Of a stretch of DNA of 37,601 bases, positions 10,580-22,579 are shown one piece after another (position 1 is the first letter of the stretch; every line of letters begins with the position of its first letter). The notes beneath the pieces are model-generated. The model was not told where the DNA came from. It saw only the letters and a list, made by a program, of their open reading frames with translations, and did not search any database. This stretch comes from Hydrurus foetidus (taxonomy: Eukaryota): contig UYFQ01000194.1 in the NCBI GenBank assembly GCA_900617105.1, forward strand, positions 1 to 37,601, written 5' to 3'. The translations under genes were made by a program, and so were the position numbers.

Positions 10580-13500
10580 TTGGTTGTGTGTAGTGGCTTA
10601 GATCGTACTGGCTATAACAATAATACTGTAATCGACATAGGTATTAATTTCAAATCGATTAATAATGTATGCCATACCATATATTTGACTGTAAGGGTCA
10701 AAGAATCGTCGCTCATAGACTTAATTATTGGCAGAGTCTCTTTAAATAAATACTCGTTTTATAAATTAACTCCTTTCGCTTTTGGGATAAGTGAGGAACA
10801 CAAACTAATTTCCTCAGCAAGTGTCGATTGCTCAGCGTGCGACGAACTACCTGATGTCGAACCGTTACTTTCGCAACGGTTCACAACAATATTATCCAGT
10901 GATAGGATTAATAAAAATTTGATAAAAAATTCAAATATCTTACCTATTGAAGAACAGTCAGTTGTAACACAACTTTCTTCTACTTCTAATATCCTAAGGG
11001 ACTTCGGACAACCTACAACCGAAGGGGAAAGACTGACTATCTGTGGTCACTCATGTTGTTCGTCCGGGACAGGGTCCTGCCCGGCATTATTGGAATTAGC
11101 TACTCCAGAGGCCGGCTGTGAGAGGGGTCGGGCAGTTCATGGGAGTATCGTTCACCCTGAACTGACTCGTGACGGTGATACACCTCCCGAAGATGGATTA
11201 GATTACATCCCTCCGACACCAGGGTTTCTTAACGACGAAACGCATGACACTTTAGGCCACTCGCCAAGTGTTGTCATTATCAGTAACGATGAGATTGACA
11301 GTGAGAAAACCGATACTTTCGGACCTTTCCTCCAAGGGACTAGCCCTGATTTACCGCCCGACAGTAACGGGTCAGACAAGTTTCTTGACGAAATAACTTT
11401 CGTTGGTATGGAAGACCAAATAATTGCAATGAAACTTCTCTGCTTAGAGTTTCGCGACTTGTTCAGCAATAAAATTGCAACTCTACCAGCTAAACTAGAT
11501 CCGTTTAGACTGGATGTGAGGGAACAAGAATGGGAAATATCCGCAAACCGGACCCCGGTTCGACCCCAATCATCTCGTAAAGAGATTGAAATAAAAAGCC
11601 TTAGACGAGATGCTTTCATTAGGTATCATCGAATCTTCGAGTGCAGTCTATTACAGTCACCCTGTAGTAGTACAAAAGACAGCTGATACGTATCGATTCT
11701 GCATCGATTACAGACTCTTAAATGCGTGCATGCAACCAGCTAGTTTTCCGCTACCGAATATTCGGGGTCTTTTTGAACGCATTGGCCGTCACCAAGCCGA
11801 TATTTTCGGTGTAATGGACTTAACTGCCGGTTACCATCAAGCTCCGCTTTATGAACCACATCGCCATTTTACGGCATTCATATGCTATGCAGGCATATTC
11901 CATTTTACTAGACTCCCCTTTGGACCTAGGTGTGCTCCCTCTTACTTCCAAGAGCAGATGGCCACCAAAGTCCTTCGCGGTCTCATATATATGATATGCG
12001 AAATATATCTTGACGATATAATTATATATGGCCGGGGATTTGCAGAGTTTCTTAGTAGACTGAGAGATATATTTTTACGTTTACGTGAATTTCGCATTTT
12101 GCTAAAAGCAAAGAAATGCAAATATGGTTGTAAAAGCCTAGAGTATGTTGGTCGTACAATCTCAAAAGACGGATTATCCATGTCTGAGACAAAAATTGAG
12201 TCTATACTCAACTTTCCAAGACCACAGACTTTAACAGCACTTCGCTCGTTACTGGGTCTTGCGAACTATTTTAGAGGATTTGTACCAAATCACTCTACTA
12301 TAGTCGCACCTTTACAGAGATTAGTTGATTCTAAAGCTCACAAAAAATCACCAATTATTTGGACACCTAGTGCTATACTAGCATTCCAACACGTAAGAGT
12401 GGCTATATCAAGATGCCCTCTAATGTATTTTCTTGATGAAAAGTCAACTATTAAGTTATACACTGACGCATCAGATTATGGAATCGGTGGTGTGTTAATT
12501 CAAGTTGTTAACAATGAATGGAGACCTATCGCTTTCATTAGCAAGTCCCTTTCTGCAACACAATTAAAATGGTCCACGATACAAAAAGAAGCTTATGCTA
12601 TCTATTACTCGTGTCAACAACTTGATTCTTTAATTAGAGATCGTGAGTTTGAAATACATACCGATCATAAAAACATTACATATATGAAACAAACACCAAC
12701 TTCAATGGTGTCACGGTGGTTTATAGCTTTACAAGAATTAAATTTCAAAGTTATATTTGTGAAAGGCACACAAAATCAGCTAGCGGACGGTCTATCAAGA
12801 CTTTGTCCCAACATAGCTAAGTTAGCTTTACCGTTCACACCGGTAGCTACTAGCAATAATGAAATAGTATTATCTGCACTGACAGTTATACCTGAACCTA
12901 ATCCAGAACAACTTGAATGGATGGAACAATGTCACAACGCAATAGTTGGACATGGTGGTTCTTCTAGAACTCTTACCAAACTTTTCAGTTTAGGTCATGC
13001 ATGGAAGTATATGCGACAGCACGTACGTATGTTCATTGCATCTTGCCCATGCTGTCAAAAGATGAGCATGATAAAGGTACCGGTTGAAGTTCAACATTAT
13101 GTGACTTCTTCTAACCGACCTTTTGACGTCGTGAATATCGATTTTATCGGGCCATACCCAGACGATTCATACGTTCTTGTTATTATTGACACATTTTCTA
13201 AATGGATTGAACTTTTCCATTGCAAAGATGCCACTGCTAAATCAGCATGTGAGGCACTCTTGCAACATTTTGGTCGCTACGGCGCTCCCAATATGATTAG
13301 ATCTGATAAAGGTTCTCATTTCGCAAACGATTTGATTAAAGAGTTTCTTGTTTTAACAGGTACTCCACACAACCTTACATTATCTTATTCTAAACAAGAA
13401 AATGGGGTAGTTGAACGTGCTAACAGAGAAGTCAACAGACATCTTCGCGCATTAACTTTCGAAACTAATGATGTAAATAACTACAGATTAAGTCTTCCAT

Positions 13501-14183
13501 TTGTACAAAGAATTATAAATAGTTCTATACACGAAACTACAGGCGTAGCACCTGCTAGTATGTTGTTCGGGAATCAAGTAAATCTTGATAGAGGTATTCT
13601 TATACCCAATCCGGTAATTCGAAACACTGAAAAGAGCTCAGCTCTTATATCTAATATGTTATACATACAAGATCAAGTAATGCTAAATGCAATTGCAAAA
13701 GTAACACTAGCAAAAGCAAGACATTTAGTGAAAAATGCCAAACCATTGACTGTATTTCCAGTTGGTTCATATGTTTTAGCAAAGTATGCTGTGGGGCCAC
13801 CCACTCGTTTACACACTAAATGGCAGGGACCATTTCAGGTCATTTCGTATATCGATTCAGAATACACATTACTTAATTTAGTGAATAAATCTGAACGAAT
13901 TACCCATGCAAGTAATCTGAAGCAGTTTATTTTTGATCCTTCAAGAACATCTGCTCCAGATATTGCTAGACGGGATTATATGGAATTCTTTGTTGAATCC
14001 ATTGTAGAACATCGTGGAGACACAAAACGATTAAATTCGCTGTTTTTTAAAGTAAAATGGCTCAATTACGATGATTCACATAATTCATGGGAACCATGGA
14101 ATGCATTAAGAACATGCGACAAACTACACGATTATCTTCGTTCAAATCAAAAGCTCAAGAAATTGATGCCTAAAAACTTCTAA
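10580..14183 (+). pseudogene. pol: Gypsy pol: C-terminal half of protease, reverse transcriptase, RNase H, integrase, chromodomain; one frameshift near 11590-11600
   Basis: DLIIGR (protease C-term), RFCIDYR, DLTAGYHQ, LPFG, YLDD, TDASDYGIG, H..H/C..C, IRSDKG, NGVVER, WQGPF, VESIVEHR...FKVKWLNY...NSWEP. Confidence 0.93.
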
Positions 14184-14561
14184 ACATTAATTTGTTATTA
14201 TGATGTGGTATCTTTTGAAGATTTTTTAGCCTAATTTTTTGCCCTCTGGGTTTTTATGGTTTTTTTAGTCAGTAAGAATCTGACATACCCACATCATAAT
14301 ATATGTTATTTTGTACATACATTAATTTGTATTGATTTACAAAATAAACTTATTTCCACGACAACTCCCGACTCTCTTTAAATTTTGTTATTTTGTTAAA
14401 TTTTGTTTTACTATTTTATATTGAAATCTTTTCTTTTTCTTTTATATTTCTGTAATCGAATTACTTTTCATGTAAATATGTTAGTATCATTTTTAAATTT
14501 TATTTTATTTTTTAAAATATAGCTTAATTAGAGATAAGTGGGAGTAGGGTCATTCTCTGTG

Positions 14562-14578
14562 GAGATAAGTAGGAGTAG
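14562..14578 (+). other. Polypurine tract (plus-strand primer), with a near-identical copy at 14531-14547
   Basis: GAGATAAGTAGGAGTAG abuts the 3' LTR. Confidence 0.7.
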
Positions 14579-14796
14579 TGTAGCCATATGCCATTTAGTA
14601 TGGCATTATGAGCTTCTAGGACTATCGGTCTACAGATCGGTCTACAGGGTCGTAGGCTTCCAGCCTCACCCTTACAACGTGTACTCTGCTATCATCTAGC
14701 TAGTCCACGTAGAAGTTACCCTAGCTACGGCTTTCCCCTGTAACTAAGACTTCAGCTCCTCTCCTTTCCTTTCTCTCTTTTGCCATTAGGACTACA
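14579..14796 (+). repeat. 3' LTR
   Basis: Direct repeat of 8722-8939. Confidence 0.95.
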
Positions 14797-15881
14797 ACCC
14801 AGAACACGTAAAACTCCAAGAATTTTAAGCTCTAACGGAGCACCTCTTCTACCAGACGCATCTCCTCTCTCCGTAAACCAATTGTTCTCTCTCGTAAGTG
14901 CAACTATTCTTTCGAATAGAGGAAAAGGAACCCGAAAGCGAAGTCTAAATAGAACTCCACCTTTCCTATCACCAGGATCACGAGTTCTCGGATTAAGAAG
15001 CATTCTCCCCCAGGTTGAATACTCGTACATTGGACGGTCCTCTGACTTTCGCATACGGAAGACTATCATCTTATACTTGCTATCATTGACTTCCTCATCA
15101 TCGTAAGGATTCATAGCTAACATTTTGCGACGTTTAGCGGATGCCTCTTCCGCTAGATTAATTGCATACATGACCGCCGCAGAGTTAGCATACTCGTTCA
15201 CCATAGAGTATTCAGAGTCGTACATTTTGTCTGCTGAAGGTTACTTTTAACGAAGTAGAAATTGTGTCGAGGTTTGACTTATAGCCAACCTTTCGAAGAC
15301 TTTCAGAAACAAGTAATTCAGAAAAATGTTTCAGTGATCCTTATAAGGGCTACAAAAAGCCAAAACGAATTTTAAAATACAGATTTTAGGATTTCGTTTC
15401 AGTGATCCTTATAAGGGTCAGCCCGGGGTCAATCACCAATACGGATTGTTGATCACGATTTTTTTGAAATCCGTATTCCGTAATCGGTGCGCTATAAGGT
15501 TTGGCCTAAGATCACAGGGAAAAAAACGAGTTTTTAAAAAAGATTACGAGAAAATAGAAACTCGTTCTCGTGAAACCTCACGCGATAAGGAGTGGCCTAA
15601 CACGAATAAACTAAATAATTTTCGTACTTTCAACATTCAAAAACTTCCATACTTTTCGCATCTTCTCTCGCTCTCTCAATCGATCCGCTGCTGGGGATCT
15701 CAACGTATCGCGGAGTGAAGTTATTGAGATATCGGCTCTGCATCCAGTTCATCGATACATCGATTCACTGGAATCGTTTCGTTCTCGCTCTGGCAGCGAA
15801 AGTGGTTTATTTATTGAAATGAAGGTATCATAAGTCTTTCAAAACACATCTTTGGGACTGGTAGTCTAGTATATCTCAGCT

Positions 15882-18800
15882 ATGGGAGCGGGAGCCTCAG
15901 CAAGCGGCCCAGACCTCAAGTCGAAAGTGCTAGTTTCTGAAGGAGGTGATAACTTCTTCATCCCTCTGAAGGACCTCGCAAGTCACCTCCGCGTCTATCA
16001 ACACTGCACAACTGGCGAGGTACTTGTGTTAGTGGATCATACAATAGACGATATTTGTGGCATAATTGACAAACCAAAGGACTGGTTTCCAGTTGCTGTC
16101 TGCAAAAAGCAGACAAAGTATCTGGAGACTTTAAAAGTTCTAACATCGCTCAGCGAAGGGGATGGCGTATCATCCAGTGGAAACGGGAACCGTTCGCACG
16201 GAACAAATGACTCCTGCCTCACTAGTCTGAAAGGACTTGATTCTGAGTTATCAAATATTGACGCTAAAATAACTTTAGTACCTGAATCCAATAGAAACAG
16301 TAGAAAGGTGTCGGATATGCAGGAAAATGTCAGAAGAGGGAAACTTCCTCCGCTATGTATTCCTGTGTCTGCATCTGGACAGGGAACCGCAACGCTGTCA
16401 CTAAGGCTACTTGGGGAGTCAAATATGAGCACAAAGAGGCTCAAGGCGATAGGAAGTTTAATTGAAGAAACGCCATCATCATCACCAACGCTAGCTGAGA
16501 ACACATCAGCCACTCGCATAGCCAGAGACAGCGATAGTGAGTACGGGAACTCTCCCAACAACGCAAGGGAATCCCCTCCGACTATTAAATCTCCCAAGAG
16601 AATGAGAGCAATCAAAGGACTTCGACTAGATGACACTATATTGGTAACGGAACAAAGGATCTCTGATGCAACGTATCAGTTGGACCTGGAGGTTCAGGCT
16701 GATGCAGCAATGATAGAGAGCGCTGCAGCTGACTGCTGCCAAGACAACAGCACCGCCATCGCGAGACTCGTGAGAGAGAACCTCGTGTACAACGCTGAGA
16801 GCAGAACTCACTGCTGTCAGATTTGTGGTGATGTTGCAGACGACTCCTATCCTATAGAACAGGTTTGTCACTCCGTCAGTCAGTGTACCAGTCAGTAAAT
16901 CAGTCAGTCAGTAGCGCGTTTGTATCTTTTTATTCTATTTTATCTGCTGCTGTTCTGCATCAATGTAATTACGGTGATATTGATCTGTGTGGAGACCTTA
17001 GAGAGACTGATGTAATTAAAATTGATAGTTGTTGGTCTGGATTTGAAATGAACTCCAGAAGTGTCTCACTTGAGGGAGTATGCGCTACAATGACGATTGC
17101 ACTGATGATGAAGCTGACCTCTCTGTTCTATACTGTCCTGTACTCTTCTGTTTTACCTGATACAGGTGGAGGAGCAGGCGATGCGTTGCATCACAAAGAG
17201 GGAGCTTCAAACAAGATTCGCTTACATTAACCAAAGCTTGGAATCGGTAAGATAAATCAGATCAAATCAGATCGGATCACCACTGTTGAAACAAATGAAA
17301 TGAAATGAAATGAGATGTCTGAGAGGCAACCTCTCTGTCGCTCTTGATGACGCATGCCTCTGTCTTCTTGGTTCACATTGTGCCGATCAAACAACTCACC
17401 TTAACCTCTCTTACCCTTTATAACTGAATTTGGACCCACACTACACAACAAAACGCAACAGTCGATAGAGATAATGGGGGAGTTAAATCGGTTTCAAATG
17501 TCCCTCATGCTCTGCAAGGCCATGATCATGTTCGAGAAGCGATGCACCTTAAACAGCCTCGCTCTCGCCCTCACCAAGAAGTATGTGTTGGATTGCATTG
17601 CATTGCTCATGTGGTCAATTGTCTACATACACTTGGTGCGTCTCTGACAGAAGAACAATTACTGCGTCACGCGTCACCCAACTCACACCCTCTCCTGACT
17701 GCTATTTGGCTGCCATCTGCATTTCTGTGACGGTTACAGAGTGGCGAGCATTCCGTACTATGCTTCCGATGGGAAGTGGCTATCAGCGCTGGAAGAGGAA
17801 ATATTCCGTCTTCGATCTACGCTGCTCACAGACCTGAGGGAGCACAGGTACAACACGTACAGTACAGTACAATCATTGTAGTAAAGTACAGTACAGCACG
17901 CACAGTACAGTGTAGTACTGCACAGTATGGTACAGTATGTGTAGCACAGTGTAATGTAGTAGAGTACAGTTTTGTGCAGTGCTGTTTGGTACTAGAGATG
18001 GACCTAAGCACTCCTTACATGAAATATGTTACTGAACATCAAGCAAAAGTCAATCGTCTGCGTGACACTACTTTATACTACCTTTTTCTTCACTTCAACA
18101 TCAACAACGTCCTCCACTGTCCTATGTTTCCTTTCTGTTATCATATACTTGTCGTTTTATGTCTTCAATCACTAAGTGGTTGAATATATGAAGTGCACTA
18201 GGCGTGCTGATGATTGCACCTTATTTGAGTGAGCAGAACCTTTACCCACCCTACTTCACTTCACCTCACCGGTGCTTCATGCAACACTAGTGGCAACGTG
18301 AATGAAGGAGGCAGTGACAGAGAGGTGTACGAGGAAATGAAAAGACTGTACCGCCTGCTGGGAGCTACAGTCATACAGGTGGTTAAATATTTCAATGACG
18401 ACGAGTGACATCGGTGCCGCACGATGCTATGCTGTACCAGTGCTGTTACATTAGGACTGGTGCAAAAGGGCTGTTCCGCTTTCTTTTTGATGCACTATAG
18501 TGTATCCTTTGATTGATGTGCTGTCATATTGTAAAGTATCATGTCTTGCCACTGCCCTTTTCATTGGCTTACCTCTCCTTACATAACACCCTATCCTATC
18601 CCCTGCCCTATGCTATCCCCTGCCCTGACCTATGCTGTGCTGCGCTGTGCTGTGCTGCGCTGTGCTGAGAGTGTCTCTTCCCTTCAGCACTCACCACAAC
18701 GTGTACATCTCTCCTTCTACCTTCTACCCTCTACCCTAAGATCCACGCCAAGAGAAGGGCCCTGCGCATGTTTGACCAGTACGTCATGGGTGTCTCCGAC

Positions 18801-21800
18801 TTCACCTTCCTCAAGAAATTGAACACAGGGGCATACGCGACAGTGTTCTTGGCGAGACGCAAAGATACAGGGCAATACTGCGCTATTAAGGTTAGATATA
18901 TTGTTATGTTATTTTATCTTACGTGGCGACGTGATGTGTTGTGTTGCGACTTCCTTCCTCCTCCTGTGCGCACACACACACTCTCTCTCTCTGTCTCTTT
19001 CTCTCTCTCTCACGCACACACACACACACACACACTCTCCTAACCAAACTCTACTCTTGCACTATTCCCCCATCCTCATTATCGGAGATGATGGACAAGT
19101 CATTCATAAGGGAGAGAAAAATGATCAGCCAGGTGCTCAGAGAGAGAAGCATCATGTCTTCCATCGTCACTTCAAATGCAAGGTGAGGACGTGGCGTGAT
19201 CTCTTTTTACCCATCCCTTTTCCTTTCATAATCTTCTCTTTTCAAGAATGATATGAGATTTCCTTTTTAGATAAATCGCAACAATGATGGCATTGATGGC
19301 GCTACCTTAGTTATCTTCTCTTTCCCCTTCCTGCTGACCTCTTTGACGACCAACAACAGTGACGCTTTCGTCTTCACTTGAAATCCATCCATTCCCAGGA
19401 AGACTCATTCCTCTCAAGCGGCTGACAAGTAGCGATACGTCTTTATTTTATCTTCCTCATACTACGTTGCACTGTCTGTGTTTGTGTGTGTGTGCGTGTG
19501 TGTGCGTTTGTGTCACAATCACTGCTCTTCTCTTTTCAGCCAGTATCTATCAGCTACACTGAACTAGACTTGACTTGACTGAACTAGACTTGGTCGATCC
19601 CATGTCATCTCATCCCAACTCGCCTCACCTCATCTCACCTCATTCTATCTCACCTCATCTTATCCTGTCTCACCTCACCTTATTTCATCCCATCATTAAC
19701 ACAATGTGTTGATGCTGTCCTCAGAATCAGTGAGATGTTCGTACGTATGTACAGTGCGTTCCAGTCAAAGCAGTCCCTCTACATCGCCATGGAGTTCGTG
19801 CAAGGAGGAGACTGCCTCTCCATGCTAACCAAGAGAGTCAGGTTCGTGGATTCGCCCCACTCAGCATTCCTGAGATCGAACTCCGGATAGTGCTACACTT
19901 TGTAACAGTTGGTCATGTTTGTGTTGTGTCAAATTATAGTGTGTTGCTCGTGTTGATGATTTGTGGTGTGTACTGATTGTTGATGCACTTCTTCATCATC
20001 TGTGGGGACAGGATCGGACAAGACAAGATACCTGCAGTCGTTACCACTCTTTCTTCCCCTCCCCCTATCACTCTCCTTCAACCTCCACTCTAACCATTCA
20101 ATCGTATCATGGCATCTGACATCACAACACATCTTAATCCTATCATACTATCTGCCGTCACGATTTAATTTACCATACCTAACTTTTCAACACTGAAGGT
20201 TTCCCGAGAAGATGGCTCGCCACTGCGTTGCTGAAGTTGCTCTCGCTCTCAAGTACTTACACGAACACGGAGTCGTGCACAGGTAACTCCTGCAGCTACT
20301 CCCCTCTCCTCCTTTTCCGTCCCTTCTTTTCTTATTTCTCTTCCCCCTTCAAATTGAGACTTATTTGATCTGCATGACATAAATTACACCCCTTTTCGTG
20401 TTTCTTGATTGTATTGCCCTACTTTCAGATTTAAATTGAAATATGGTGTAGATCGCAATAATTGACTGACTGACTGACTGGCTGGCTGACTGACTGACTG
20501 ACTGACTGACTGTGATTCAACATTCCGTTTCGCTTCTTCGTGGACCCACACTGCACTTTAACATCCAACGCGCATAACACACCGTAACGCACACAGGGAT
20601 GTCAAGCCGGACAACGTCATGGTGAGGGAGCATAATAGAATGAAAGACCATAAAAAAGAATAGAATAGGCGCCGCTGAAATAGACGGGATACACATCTTC
20701 ATTTTCTTTGCATTACTTACATCCCGACCTATCTCAACTGTGCAACCCTGTTTTTGCTTCGCCTTACTACGTGCTGCATGCAATGTTTAGGTTTAGTATA
20801 TTACAATTTATCACGCTTCTCTCTCTTCTCTTCTCATTACACACATAATCACGATCACCCTAGCCCACCCTAAGAAGGTACAAAGCATGAACAAAACTCT
20901 GACACAGCACTAATAAACAGATAACTGTGCGAGGACACATCAAGCTGACTGACTTTGGGCTGGCAGCCCCATGGGTGAAGGACGCGTAACTACCTCTACG
21001 CAAGTCCCGAGGTGAGTAAGAGGTGTAGGCAGGGTAGTACAGATGAAGGCGGATGAAGGGACAGTATTGTCGATACGGGAACAGGATAGGATTGGATAGG
21101 GTAGGGCAGATTCGCATTCAGTGAGTCAGTGGTCGGTAGAACATGAGCACTGGACTCTTTCTGCATCTCATCGAGTTCTATCACTGAACAGAGGAGACGG
21201 AGGACTGGCTTTTCTTCTTCGCGTTTTCTCTCCTTAGAGATCTCCAGTCATGCTGATCTTATTCCACTCTGTTGACTATCACCCTGTCTAATCACGTTCC
21301 GCACATCCCATCATCCCCTACACGACACAATAAAAATCTGATCAGTTCGCCACACCAATTGTTATCAAATGAGAGTGAATCACCAAAGCTGTATTGTCTC
21401 ATGCCTGAACTCTTCCATCCCATCCCATCCCATCCCATCCACAGGCCGTGATGCAAACCGGATATGACCACACGGTAGACTGGTGGGCGGTAGGCGTGCT
21501 GCTGTTCCACTTCCTAGCCGGAGTCACTCCCTTCATGGCGGACAGTCAGGTACACTTACCCCTTCGTTCCTTTCCTTTTTTCATTCTTTCTTTCCTTCTT
21601 ACTTTCTTTCTATCTCCCTTCATTCATTTCACTTGTTGACACTGAGAAGGGCTTGTCCCGGTATCTCGATGTCACCCTCATTGTCACTGCCACTGTGGCC
21701 ATCACTATCACTCTCTCTCGCTGTCCCCTTCACTCCCATTATCGCTGTGACATGACTCTACGTAGGAGCGTAGCATGGAACTCATAGTGACTGGCAAGGT

Positions 21801-21961
21801 TAATTGGGATGCCCTCCCTGACAGTATCACAGAGTCGGCCAAAAGGTTAGGAACCTCTCTATCCCTCTTCACATCTCCTTCTTGAGTTCTGCTACGACTT
21901 ATTCTCACAGCCTTTAACAGCGGATCTTTTGCATCTCGCCGCTTTGCGTAGCGAGGGAGCG

Positions 21962-21992
<31 letters not shown>

Positions 21993-22579
21993 ATCGTGCG
22001 ACACAGTGAGAACAGTCCTATCTTCTAATCAAAATCATTTTCATTCCCTTTTGCTCTTTTTCTCATTTTTTGTGGTTGAGTAGGCTTATCTGCGACCTCT
22101 TTGCCCACTCGAGGACCAACCGACTCGGATATGATTCAGACGACAAAGTACTGCAACACGAGTACTTCGATGGCATCGACTTTGCCAGCCTGTATGTCGG
22201 ACCCGGACCCTTCACCGTGGAATTCTGCGGTGCTGGAGACACTAGGTAAGCGACACCACACTATTATATTCTTCTCTTCAGGTGAGGGGACTAGTGAGAT
22301 ACTGGGCGGCTAGCAGAGTTCAGACATTCAGTGACGCAGTCTCCCTCCCTCCCTCTACTCCCTCCCCCTCTTCCCTCTCTCTCCCCCCTCCCTCTCTTGA
22401 CGTGCAGGTACTTCGACACGGCCCCAGGGGGGACATCTTCCTCCGGCATGGACAACAGCAGAGAAGACGAGAAGGAGAAAGCGGACAGCGACCTAGGGGA
22501 CGAAGACATCGAGAAGCTCATTGACTTGGAGGAAGCAGATGACGACGAGTTCCTCCAGTTCACTGCTAATCCGAGGTAG
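15882..22579 (+). CDS. AGC-group Ser/Thr protein kinase (MAST/IRE-like), 15 exons, frameshifted in exon 11. Exons approx: 15882-16862, 17166-17246, 17462-17580, 17740-17847, 18291-18378, 18741-18890, 19088-19182, 19725/19731-19841, 20199-20282, 20597-20621, 20921-21011, 21445-21549, 21766-21845, 22084-22245, 22408-22579
   Basis: Phase-compatible GT-AG junctions give LNTGAYATVFLA..CAIK, ERSIM, LYIAMEFVQGGD, LHEHGVVHRDVKPDN, IKLTDFGLA, YASPE, VDWWAVGVLLF..GVTPF, HEYFDGIDF, DTRYFD; N-terminal MGAGAS resembles a myristoylation signal. Confidence 0.85.

Larger units (their letters stand above)
8722..14796 (+). mobile_element. Ty3/gypsy chromovirus-type LTR retrotransposon (6075 bp), defective
   Basis: Two 218-bp LTRs (TGTAG...CTACA), ACCC TSD (8718-8721, 14797-14800), purine tract before the 3' LTR, PR-RT-RH-IN-chromodomain order. 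Confidence 0.95.
8505..15225 (-). pseudogene. Harbinger transposase of element C: pieces 15225-14797 and 8721-8505, split by the gypsy insertion and truncated after STDCVH
   Basis: Removing 8722-14800 restores the frame ...LGVLRVLG-RGYCFDGIEELSFISAE...GFPGCIGSTDCVH. Confidence 0.9.
7796..15506. mobile_element. PIF/Harbinger element C (different subfamily; ~1.63 kb of its own sequence, internally deleted), interrupted by a gypsy element
   Basis: Perfect 22-bp TIR GGCCAAACCTTATAGCGCACCG (7796-7817) / CGGTGCGCTATAAGGTTTGGCC (15485-15506); TAA at 7793-7795 and 15507-15509. Confidence 0.93.
2499..15597. mobile_element. PIF/Harbinger element A (outer; ~1.7 kb of its own sequence, internally deleted), hosting elements B and C
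   Basis: 17-bp perfect TIR GGCCACTCCTTATCGCG (2499-2515) / CGCGATAAGGAGTGGCC (15581-15597); TAA TSD at 2496-2498 and 15598-15600; contains a Harbinger transposase remnant. Confidence 0.88.

Noticed and set aside
11590..11610. CTT AGA C at the pol frame change, resembling the Ty1 +1 programmed frameshift site CTT AGG C
   Set aside because: It lies inside the RT N-terminus rather than at the gag-pol boundary. An indel in the adjacent A-run explains it and gives better spacing to the usual I-x-x-x-L-x-E-M-L pattern.
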